Of a stretch of DNA of 64,000 nt, positions 11,691-20,710 are shown one piece after another. The translations under genes were made by a program, and so were the position numbers. Each line of letters starts with the position of its first letter. The stretch's first letter is position 1. Under the pieces are notes generated by a model. The model worked only from the letters and a program-made list of their open reading frames with translations. It made no database searches and had not been told where the DNA came from. Source of the stretch: Candidatus Bathyarchaeota archaeon (GTDB lineage Archaea; Thermoproteota; Bathyarchaeia; Bathyarchaeales; Bathycorpusculaceae); the NCBI GenBank assembly GCA_963717465.1, contig OY970340.1, positions 672,001 to 736,000 on the forward strand. The letters are read 5' to 3'.

Positions 11691-13266
11691 ATGCTATGAT
11701 GGAAGCAAGAAAAACTTAAAAAGGCAATCGAAGCAACCATTGCAGCAGGTTACCAATTAAACAGCGAAGCTTTTGAGTTTTTAAAAACAAACCCTGCAGC
11801 TGAAGATCCTGTTGAAGTAATGAATTTAGCGATTCAAAGAATGGAACAATTGGAGAATAAGCCTTTATTCATAGGCAAGGAACTTATCTAGAAACAATTT
11901 TACAACCATCAAGCTCCAGAGAAGAAACAATCTCTTAAAGTCAAACTCAACCAAGCCCAAGCATGGAACCTCAAAATCAGACTCACTGTAGAAAAGGAAG
12001 ACTTTTTTTACCCTTATGCTAAGTACATCCCAGCTCAAATTAACATTATTAGATGATTCAACAGGGAAGCTGAGTTCTAATGGAACGCTAGAGGAGTACC
12101 TTCGATACTTTCAAGATAGGTTTAAACGGATTGAACGTCTGCTGAGGCAAAGAATGGATGTTAAAGCTGCAACATCAATATTGGAAGCATTGAAATCTCA
12201 GCCTAAAACAAAGCTAAAAATTATTTGCATGCTAACTGAGAAACGCGAATCAAAAAATCAAATATTCTTATCAGTTGAAGATTTACATGGAAGCACCACT
12301 GTTCTAATCCCGCAAAAAGCGCCTGAAGAAGTGCATAAAAAGGCGGCTCAACTTACTGCCTGACCAGATAGTTTGCTTAGCCGTGATAAAAACAAGAACC
12401 AATCTCTTTCTAGCTGAAGACATAATTTTTCCAGAAGTAGGCAAGAAACCTCAACAGAGAGCTGATGAACCTGTTTATGCAGTATTAACTTCAGATATTC
12501 ATATTGGAAGCAACAAATTCCAAAGAGAAGCATTCAACCGCTTTATTCAATGGCTTAACGGCAAATACGGAAACCAAGAAATGAAAGAAATCGCTGGCCG
12601 CGTAAAATACCTTCTCATCGCAGGCGACATTGTTGATGGCATCGGAGTTTACCCAAACCAAGTAAAAGAACTTTTGATAAGAGATGTTCATAAGCAATAC
12701 AGGTTCGCAGCAAAACTTATGCAGCAAATTCCAGATTACATTCAAATCATAGTTTCACCGGGTAACCATGATGCATCAAGAAAATCCCTTCCGCAACCAG
12801 CTATACCACAAGAATACCTAAAAACGATAAATGAAAAAGGCAACATTTACTCCGTCGGTAGCCCCTGTGTGCTCACTATACATGGTGTTGAAGTCTTAAT
12901 GTATCATGGCCGCAGTTTAGATGACCTAATCGGCACAGTTCCAGGGATAGATCATGATCACCCTGAAAAAGCAATGAAACTGCTTCTTGCAAGCACGTCA
13001 TTTAGCACCAGTGTACGGTGGCAAAACAATGTTGTCGCCAGAAAACCGAGATTACTTAGTAATTGATAGAGTACCTGATATTTTCCATGCTGGCCACATT
13101 CACGTCTTAGGGCTACTGCAATTACCGAGGAGTTTTAGTCATAAATTCTGGCGGTTGGCAAGAGCAAACTGACTATATGCAGAAGTTAGGTTTGGTTCCA
13201 ACGCCTGGGAAAGTGCCAGTAGTTAACTTGCAAACATTAGAAACATCAGTATTATCATTTAATTAG
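11691..13266 (+). CDS. polB: DNA polymerase D small subunit DP1 (several frameshifts; start approximate)
   Basis: YFQDRFKRI, SVEDLHG, SDIHIGS, AGDIVDGIGVYP, PGNHDA, YHGRSLDD, RHLAPVYGG, PDIFHAGHIH, NSGGWQEQT...PTPGKVPVVNL. Confidence 0.92.
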
Positions 13267-13305
13267 CATCGAAAAAGGCAGCAGAAAAACATTCAGGGTC
13301 TTACT

Positions 13306-14538
13306 TTAAGTGTTCTTGGAATTAACAGTAGTTGGAGTATATTCTAGCAAATGGCTAAACCTGCTGTCACTTCCAAATACGTCTTTGATCAGAGAACGCG
13401 ATATTTCCAGCCTTATTTTTTTAGTTCGTCCATAGCGACCCATGCTCACTACTTTTGCATTCAAAAGACCCATCGAATCAAGTTCATTAATCAAAGTGCC
13501 TAATCGGCGTTGAGTTAAAAGCCCCGCGCCTTGTTCTCCGCAGAGTTCATTGTAAATATCGTATATTTCGCCAGTATTAGCGCTTGATTTGTTCAGATGA
13601 TAAACGCTTAAAAGCACCAATTTTGAGTGTAAAGTTAAGTTTTTGAGCGCTTCGACAACACGGTTATGTTCTATATGTCTTTCAGCTTGCCTTACATGTT
13701 CATCTGTAATAATTTTGTCTTTTTGTCGTTCTGCAACTTCGCCAGCCACACGCAGCAGATCCAGGGCGCGGCGTGCATCACCATGTTCAGCAGCGGCTAA
13801 AGCTGAACAGATACTTAATGCAGCTTCAGATAAAACGCCTTCTTGAAACGAAAGCTTTGATCTTTCCAAGAATATATTGCGAAGTTCACTTGCATCATAG
13901 GGTCTGAAGACCAGTTCTTCCTCGCTAAGAGAACTGAAAACTCGTGGGTCAAGAAATTCTTTCAACCGTAAATCGTTGGATATTCCAATTATAGATACCT
14001 TACTCTTGCTAAGCGTTTCGTTTATTCTTGTTAATTCATACATGAAGCCGTCTCCATGCTCTTTAATCAAAGCGTCAACTTCGTCCAAGACTATTATGAA
14101 AATTATTCTTGAAGCGTCTAATCCTGATCGGAACCTATCGAAGACTTCGCCGACAGATAATCCAGTAAAAGGAATAGTTAAGCCAACGCTTTGACTTAGG
14201 CTTGCAAAAACTCGATATTCTGAGCCTACCATCCTGCAATTAATATAGCAAAACTTTACAAAAGATCCATACTCTTTAGATTTAGATTCTAAATGACTTA
14301 AGACATACTTGGTAACTGCAGTCTTTCCAGTTCCAGTTTTCCCATAAATAAAGATGTTTGAGCAACGTGCATTTTTTAGAACAGGAGCAACAGTTTGACC
14401 TAAAAGACGGATTTGTTCTTCTCTATGAGGCAATTTTTCAGGTAGGTAATCATGCCTTAGAACTTCGCGGTCCTTAAAGAGACAAACGCCATTTACAAAG
14501 TTGTCGAATACATCATTTAAGATACTTTGATTACCCAT
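13306..14538 (-). CDS. cdc6: Orc1/Cdc6 replication initiator
   Basis: LPHREEQI, Walker A GKTGTGKT, Walker B LDEVD, GDARRALDLLR, C-terminal wHTH SMGRYGRT. Confidence 0.97.
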   Translation of the reverse strand: MGNQSILNDVFDNFVNGVCLFKDREVLRHDYLPEKLPHREEQIRLLGQTVAPVLKNARCSNIFIYGKTGTGKTAVTKYVLSHLESKSKEYGSFVKFCYINCRMVGSEYRVFASLSQSVGLTIPFTGLSVGEVFDRFRSGLDASRIIFIIVLDEVDALIKEHGDGFMYELTRINETLSKSKVSIIGISNDLRLKEFLDPRVFSSLSEEELVFRPYDASELRNIFLERSKLSFQEGVLSEAALSICSALAAAEHGDARRALDLLRVAGEVAERQKDKIITDEHVRQAERHIEHNRVVEALKNLTLHSKLVLLSVYHLNKSSANTGEIYDIYNELCGEQGAGLLTQRRLGTLINELDSMGLLNAKVVSMGRYGRTKKIRLEISRSLIKDVFGSDSRFSHLLEYTPTTVNSKNT

Positions 14539-14685
14539 TAGCCAGTCCCTTCCACTTTAGAGGGAACATCGTTATTCAAAATGGAACAGATAAAGCCTAT
14601 AGTACAAAAAACTGGTTTGAAGCACAATAATCCTAAAAATTAATGCAAGCAAGGGATGATAAGCAGGCAAACAGAGACTTACACG

Positions 14686-15169
14686 CACCCCAAGGTTTCT
14701 ACTGGAAAAATTTGTTAAAAAAAATTTAATTAAGAAAAACTTAGATATAATATATATAAATAATAATATACTCTAATAGTTAAAGAGAATATTTGTTTAT
14801 TAATTATTATTGTCAAGTATTTTAGACAAGTAGTCTGCAATTCTTTTTTCGAGAGTTTTTTAGCCGTTTTCATTGAAAAATATTTCGAGAGGAAATGTAG
14901 GGGTGTCGGCAAGTCCATGTGGTTGTCCATATAATTCCTCTTTTCCCTTTTTAAAAAAGATTTTAAACTTCAATTTTCTTGCCATGACTCTATATTGTAA
15001 AAAATATTATTCATTGTTAAATCTTAAGTCTCTTCTTTTTCCTTCACAGACTTGTGAACCAGTTGTGAAATTGATCATAAAATATCTCTTATTCAGCCTT
15101 TATTTTGTCATTGTATTCTATTTATGTCCTTTTTACTGTGAAGATGCCACCCCTGCATTTCTACTGGAG
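14686..15169. other. oriC: Replication origin oriC (three ORB boxes plus AT-rich unwinding element)
   Basis: 22-bp ORBs: 14686-14707(-) TTCCAGTAGAAACCTTGGGGTG; 14884-14905(+) TTCGAGAGGAAATGTAGGGGTG; 15148-15169(-) CTCCAGTAGAAATGCAGGGGTG; very AT-rich tract ~14710-14830; directly upstream of cdc6. Confidence 0.9.
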
Positions 15170-15345
15170 AAACAAGATCAGAATGAAGAAAAGAATTTTA
15201 AATCAATCAGAGATTGTGTGACCCTTGTAATTCTTAAAAAAATGAATTTTAAGCCTATTTTTAAAATTTAGTCATTATATCAGTCGTTTCACAAACTCCG
15301 ATTTCACCATAACAATTATAAGGTGTAAAGCTGTAAAGTTGTGAA
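15043..15345. repeat. Cluster of TTCAC/GTGAA motifs, including inverted repeat TTCACA-gact-TGTGAA
   Basis: Copies at 15043, 15054, 15065, 15138, 15288, 15303, 15341, plus TGTAAAG twice at ~15324-15338. Confidence 0.55.
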
Positions 15346-15367
15346 CGTCTCAAGGTGCACCGCAAGC

Positions 15368-15796
15368 ATGCCCGCTAGAAAAATGCGTGTGGAGTTATTC
15401 GATAACGAGGGAAATCGATACACTATAGCCTTTGAGGGACAAATCACTCGAGATAAAGCTTTGCGGCTCCTTGATCTTGTTGAATTGCTTGGTGGAGTGC
15501 CTGAGGGTCAACAGCCTTCTGGATTAGGAAATCTTCCAGGTGAGGCTTCTTCAAGATTTGAAAAAATGCGCTCAGTGATTCAGAAGAATTTTCCTCTTGT
15601 CTGGTTTTCATCCAAGGAAATTCAGTCGGTCTATGAGCAGGAACTTAAAGAACCCATAAGTTTGAGCACCGTTTCAACTTATTTAGCTAGAATGGCAGGC
15701 AAGGGCTACCTCCTTAGAACTGGCGGTGCCAACAATTTGAAGTACAAGATTTCGTCAGTGACTCCGCAAGCAGTTGTAAAACAAACAATGAAATGA
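15368..15796 (+). CDS. Origin-adjacent hypothetical protein with C-terminal winged HTH
   Basis: ATG at 15368; C-terminal FSSKEIQSVYEQELKEPISLSTVSTYLARMAGKGYLLRTG...KYKI has the helix-turn-helix-wing pattern. Confidence 0.75.
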   Translation: MPARKMRVELFDNEGNRYTIAFEGQITRDKALRLLDLVELLGGVPEGQQPSGLGNLPGEASSRFEKMRSVIQKNFPLVWFSSKEIQSVYEQELKEPISLSTVSTYLARMAGKGYLLRTGGANNLKYKISSVTPQAVVKQTMK

Positions 15797-15843
15797 TAAC
15801 TATTTTCCAAGTTGATTAATCTTTAGAAGATTATGAACTTCTG

Positions 15844-16558
15844 TTAAGCTGGTGGGTTCTCTGTTTTGTTTAAGAATTTTTCCATTTCTTTTTTAACGCT
15901 GTATCGGAATGGGATTTTGCCGGTTTCTCTTTCGAGGTATCCTCCTTCATACAGCTTCTTCATTAGTCTGGCTGTGTGCTCTCTGCTGAGTTTAACTCTG
16001 TCTTTAATTTCAGGCGCTGTTTTTGGCCCTTCAGAAGATAGCATTTCCAAGCACTGAAATTTCTGTATCAGTCAACGCAGCCATTGCTTTATCACGCCTA
16101 ATTGGTATAACTGGTTCGGGCTTGTTTTCAGTTGGGGATGCAAACTTTTGAATCTGTTCTTCGAAACCCGAAATTCTTGTCTTAAAACTTTCCTGAGAGT
16201 TTTCAATATCCTTAATTTTCAGTTCAAAACCATTTAGACTTGCCAAAACTTTTTCATTGTCCTCTATTGCCTTGGCGAATTGGTTTTCTATCGGGTTTAG
16301 CTTCTTTTCTAAAGCTTCTGCTTTTTTGAATCCTGCGTCAGCTTTGGCTGAATTTCCTTCAACTTTGTAAGCAATCAATTCTAATCTGCTTGCTTCGCGC
16401 TTGAGTTCTCTGTTAAAGCTAAGAACAATGTCCTGAACCGAGTTCTTTGCCTTCTCGTACTCTTTTTGTGCATTCTTAATTTGCCTAAGAAAGATAATAC
16501 ACGAGATAACTATGGCTGCAAGCAGTACAGTTAATAAAACTAAACTTACGTCAGTCAT
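15844..16558 (-). CDS. Membrane-anchored coiled-coil protein with C-terminal winged HTH (1-bp frameshift ~16048)
   Basis: N-terminal TM VSLVLLTVLLAAIVISCIIFL; long heptad-rich helix; removing one G joins it to LTDTEISVLEMLSSEGPKTAPEIKDRVKLSREHTARLMKKLYEGGYLERE (wHTH). Confidence 0.78.
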
Positions 16559-16573
16559 GTTTGTTCATACTCC

Positions 16574-16857
16574 GTGATTCGTGCGTGATTCAAACAGTGT
16601 TGCATCACAAATCACAGTTACCATGAAACTTTTAAGTTTTATGGTGATATCTCGCTTTATCTGTCCTCCACATCACAGGTCACAAAATAAATCACAGCTT
16701 CTATCTTTACATCTGTGATCAGTGTTAACGTTTTATATCTTAAATTTTAGCTTATTTTCAGCAATAAAGCTCTATTTGAGCTTTTAACTATGAACCTTAA
16801 ATTCATATGTGTAAAGTTTTCAAAACATAGCATCCTTATGTGATTTGTGACATCACA
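16574..16857. repeat. Array of RTCAC/GTGAY motifs with GTGATATCAC-like palindromes
   Basis: Half-sites at 16574, 16585, 16604, 16611, 16644, 16672, 16679, 16691, 16715, 16840, 16847, 16852; GTGATATCTC at 16644; TGTGACATCACA at 16846. Confidence 0.7.
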
Positions 16858-17332
16858 AAGGCTCTCCTGATGGACTAGAAAGCCGTTTTAAGCTCGTTTC
16901 AAGCTCTTCCCGGATGATTTCGACCAGTTTTAAGCGTTCTTTTAGCTCATCTTCCTTGTCTGGCACTTCCTGGTGTGCCTCCACATATTCCTTCAATTTA
17001 TTGCTTATTTCGAGATACGGGTCAAGAGTAGTCGTTTCAAACACTCCTAAGTAGCCTAAAAGCAGTACAGTGTATATGGATTTTATCACGTTTTCTTTAG
17101 ACTGTTTTAATGTCCTATTAAAGGAACCGCGACTTATTTTAGCCTTAGTTAGCCTTAAACAGGCTTTTTCATCGTACTTTAGCTGTTTGCCTGAAATATT
17201 CTCGGCTAAAATGTCTATTAACAGTGTTTCTAGCTGGATTTTTGTTAATTGGCTATTTTTAGCCAGTATTTTTACAATAGGGTCGTTTAATGCCCCGTTT
17301 AACCATGCTTGAACGCCTTCTTTTAGCTTCAA
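16853..17332 (-). CDS. Hypothetical protein with sigma70-region-4/HTH_10-like DNA-binding motif
   Basis: SQLTKIQLETLL...YDEKA.LR...KISRGSFNRTLKQSKENV followed by a C-terminal amphipathic helix. Confidence 0.65.
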   Translation of the reverse strand: MKLKEGVQAWLNGALNDPIVKILAKNSQLTKIQLETLLIDILAENISGKQLKYDEKACLRLTKAKISRGSFNRTLKQSKENVIKSIYTVLLLGYLGVFETTTLDPYLEISNKLKEYVEAHQEVPDKEDELKERLKLVEIIREELETSLKRLSSPSGEPL

Positions 17333-17702
17333 ACTGCTCTACTTCTCCGTATATTGAAATGGATACGCTTTTGTATACTATGCCTGCTTTTTAAAATTTT
17401 CCTAACAGAAAGCTAACCCTGTTTTAGTTCTAAAATGGCATTAATTGAGGCTTAAAATAAAAATTAACTACTTTTTGAGGCATTATTAGAGTTATACAGT
17501 CAATATGTTTGTGTTTGGCTTAAATATGCTTGTACTGCCCTTCTCTGACCCAATAAAATGGTTGAGATTAACTAGATGTTGGCTGAGTGTTTGCCTGAAT
17601 TATAGGTTCATTTTATCGATTGCATGTTAAGTTAATATAATTCACACAATTTACCTCTAAATTAAAAAGACTTTTCTGACGCTCCATTCTTTTTCTATGC
17701 GA

Positions 17703-17809
17703 GTGATATCATCATGAATTGTCTTCGTGATATCACCTTGTCACAAATAGTCACGTTGGATGCTCCATGGAATCTTTGATATCACAGCGTGATGTGACGC
17801 GTCTGTGAT
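17703..17809. repeat. Second array of RTCAC/GTGAY motifs with GTGATATCAC palindromes
   Basis: Nine half-sites in 107 bp; perfect GTGATATCAC at 17727-17736; one-mismatch copies at 17703 and 17776. Confidence 0.72.
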
Positions 17810-17824
17810 TTGCGAAATGATGGA

Positions 17825-18659
17825 TTAAAAAAGTTCAGCTTGCTTCATTAACTCTAAGAAAAGCTCTGGTCTGAGGTCTCTTAAGGTTGGGATGAATGTT
17901 TCAGCCCCAATTAGGTCTTTGAAGTCAACTTCACAGGTGACGAAATCCTCTTCATCATACTTTGCCTTGGCAATTACTTCTCCAGTTGGGCTTACAAGTC
18001 TGCTTCCACCCCAGAACTGCAAGCCATCCTCAACTCCGGCAAGGTTAACGTAAGCGAGAAAAGCAGTGTTTTCCAGAGCTCTTGCGCTCGTCAGGATTTC
18101 AAAGTATCCTCTGCGGACGGCAGGTGATGCTGAGATACAGACTATTAATTGGGCCCCCTTTAGTCGTGTAAGGCGAATTACCTCAGGGAAGAAAATGTCA
18201 TAGCAAATGCATAATCCTATTTTGCCTATTGCAGTGTCGAATGAGACGGTTTGGTATCCTGGGCGAAAATATCTTTTCTCTTCAAAAACGCTATGGGTTG
18301 GCAAGTAGAATTTACGGTATTTCCCTATCAAACCTTTAGGACCCACGAAAACTGCCGTGTTAAATATTGTTGCTTTGCTCTTTTCGCTAAGTTCAGGCAT
18401 TCCAAAAATGATATGCCTTCCAGTTTTTTTCGCTAACGCTGCAACCTTTTCGGTTGTCGGTCCAGGAATTGTTTCAGCTAATTCGTAGAGTTGATCCATC
18501 ACTACGTAGCCAGTCAAGGAAAGCTCAGGAAAAATCACTAAATCAGCCGCTTGCTCCTTTGCCTTAATTGTTACTTCTTCTATTTTGCGAAAATTCTGTT
18601 CCTTATCTTCGCGTCGACTGCTTATTTGGGCAAGGGCTAATTTTAATTTTATCTTTCAA
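17825..18659 (-). CDS. Carbon-nitrogen hydrolase (nitrilase family); N-terminal frameshift
   Basis: KLALAQI N-terminus upstream of the listed ORF; triad motifs FPELSLTGY (E), YRKFYLP (K), ICYDIFFPE (C). Confidence 0.9.
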
Positions 18660-18678
18660 ATTATTTCCCTTTCCTTTT

Positions 18679-19521
18679 TCAATAGTTATGCCTTGGAAGC
18701 CTAAAATCGTTTCCCACTGTTCTATAACCAGTTTTAGCTGCCAAGGGCATCCGCCTCTTATGCTCCACTGCCAGCCATCTGCTCTTCACTTTGCTAACGA
18801 CGCGTTTCTGGATGTTAAGTTGGTCGGCAATTTCTTCCACTGGAACAAAGCGTTCAAGTCCATAAAGAATAAGGTCTAAGAGTTCGTATTTTATTCCAAG
18901 TTCTGATTCGGCGAGCTGGTTTGGCCAAAGTGCTGGAGTGGAAGGCTTTAGTGCAATTTTTTCCGGGAAGCCTAAGTGTAGGGCTAGTTTGCGAACTTGG
19001 GTTTTATACAAATCCATTAAGGGTGATATATCTGCGGCTACGTCTCCCCATTTTGTGAAGTATCCCATCATGGTTTCTGACTTGTCTGAGCTACCGCAAA
19101 CTATGAGGTTAAGCTTGTTTGCAAAATAGTAAAGGTAAATCATTCTTGTTCTGGCTTTAATGTTTCCCTTGGAAAGTCTATCCTTTTTGTCAAAGACGGG
19201 TATTCCCTCATAAAACCTGTCTAGAATTTGTGTCATGTCACAAACGTGGGTTTTAATTTGGAATTTCTCTGCTATTGTTTTCGCGTCGTCTATGTCTTGT
19301 TGATTGAATGTTTCTTTCTCAGGAAGCATAAGTCCAATCACCCGTTGCCCTCCTATGGATAAGCTTGAAAGTGCCGCAACCATGCTACTGTCAATTCCAC
19401 CAGAGAGCCCAAGAACTATCCCTTCAGCCCCTGCGTTCTCAACGTACTCTTTTATGAAACGCGTTATCCTTTTTTCAACCTCTGGAAAATTTAATTCTAA
19501 GCAGGAAGAAGTTAACTTCAC
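18679..19521 (-). CDS. nadE: NAD+ synthetase (synthetase domain only)
   Basis: LGLSGGIDS, GNIKARTRM, GYFTKWGD, DLYKTQV, HKRRMP. Confidence 0.95.
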   Translation of the reverse strand: MKLTSSCLELNFPEVEKRITRFIKEYVENAGAEGIVLGLSGGIDSSMVAALSSLSIGGQRVIGLMLPEKETFNQQDIDDAKTIAEKFQIKTHVCDMTQILDRFYEGIPVFDKKDRLSKGNIKARTRMIYLYYFANKLNLIVCGSSDKSETMMGYFTKWGDVAADISPLMDLYKTQVRKLALHLGFPEKIALKPSTPALWPNQLAESELGIKYELLDLILYGLERFVPVEEIADQLNIQKRVVSKVKSRWLAVEHKRRMPLAAKTGYRTVGNDFRLPRHNY

Positions 19522-19607
19522 AACTAGCACCCTACTGAATTTCTTGGTAGGCAAGTATTTAAGGACAAAGTATGAATATAAAATGAATCGTTTAGAAGGC
19601 TAACAAT

Positions 19608-19874
19608 ATGGGGCGAAGGCGAAAGAAAGTTGTTCATATTCCTAAGAAGCGATTGCCCAAATTCTTTTCCTGCCCCAGATGTGGAAAAGAAACTGTTAGA
19701 GTTGAATTATTAAGGGAAGATGGTCGGGCAACTGCTCGTTGTAGTAGCTGTGGACTTCAAGAAGAATTCCCTATCAAACCTGCTCAAGGTGAAGTTGACG
19801 TTTACTGCATGCTTACCGACAGAGTTTATAGCACTTCAAGAAAGACTCCCATCACAAAGACAAAGACAGATTAG
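19608..19874 (+). CDS. elf1: Transcription elongation factor Elf1-like Zn ribbon
   Basis: MGRRRKK...LPKFFSCPRCG...CSSCG...VDVYC..TD. Confidence 0.9.
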   Translation: MGRRRKKVVHIPKKRLPKFFSCPRCGKETVRVELLREDGRATARCSSCGLQEEFPIKPAQGEVDVYCMLTDRVYSTSRKTPITKTKTD

Positions 19875-19888
19875 TCGAAGGATTATTC

Positions 19889-20641
19889 ATGGTAGGACAT
19901 GTCGAAAACTACTTGCTAGAAAAAATTAAAGCTGAAGGATCAATTCACATAACTCTTCTGGATCCAGAAAAAATAACACCTGATCAAGCAGCTCTTGTAG
20001 CTGAAAACTCCAAGAACAGCGGAACCTCAGCCATAATGATTGGCGGTTCAACCTCTATTTCTCAAATTCATCTCGATGAAGTTGTTGTAGCCATTAAAAA
20101 GACGGTTAAAATCCCAACTATCCTTTTCCCGGGCAACATAAATGGAATAAGTTCACACGCAGATGCTTTATGGTTCATGTCTCTGCTAAATTCAGTTGAC
20201 CCCTACTTTGTCATAGGTGTTCAAACGTTAGGGGCTCCACTTGTCAAGAAGTTCAGTTTAGAACCAATCCCGATGGGCTACATTATTGTCGGCGATGGCG
20301 GCACCGCCGGCATAATTGGCAAAGCGATTTCAATTCCGTATAATAAGCCTGAGTTGGCAGCTGCTTACGCACTTGCTGGTCAATATCTTGGTATGCGCTT
20401 TATCTATCTTGAAGGCGGTTCAGGAGCTGCGGTTTCTGTTCCACCAGAAATGATTCGCACCGTCAAGAGTGTTATCAATGCAACCCTTGTTGTCGGTGGA
20501 GGAATAAGAACTAAAGAACAAGCGCTAGTTGCAGCGTCCGCAGGTGCTGACATCATAGTTACAGGGAACATCACAGAGACTGCTGATGGTAAGCAGCGGA
20601 TTACTGAAATAGTCGAAGGCGTAAAGGGACTAAGAGTTTAG
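19889..20641 (+). CDS. Geranylgeranylglyceryl phosphate synthase
   Basis: HITLLDPEK, IMIGGST, ILFPGN, SLLNS, YLEGGSGA, VGGGIR. Confidence 0.95.
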   Translation: MVGHVENYLLEKIKAEGSIHITLLDPEKITPDQAALVAENSKNSGTSAIMIGGSTSISQIHLDEVVVAIKKTVKIPTILFPGNINGISSHADALWFMSLLNSVDPYFVIGVQTLGAPLVKKFSLEPIPMGYIIVGDGGTAGIIGKAISIPYNKPELAAAYALAGQYLGMRFIYLEGGSGAAVSVPPEMIRTVKSVINATLVVGGGIRTKEQALVAASAGADIIVTGNITETADGKQRITEIVEGVKGLRV

Positions 20642-20710
20642 CGGTGGCTACCTTGCTTTTTTAGAAAGCCAAAATAACCCATCTCTTTATTATCTAACCG
20701 GGAACAGTCT

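Noticed and set aside
14730..15271. ORFs 14730-14930(-) and 14873-15271(+)
   Set aside because: They overlap the ORB boxes and AT-rich origin DNA and have low-complexity F/L/K/Y composition; spurious
16574..17809. CRISPR array or coding repeat as explanation of the TCAC/GTGA clusters
   Set aside because: Units are 5-12 bp, irregularly spaced, in both orientations, and no cas genes are present
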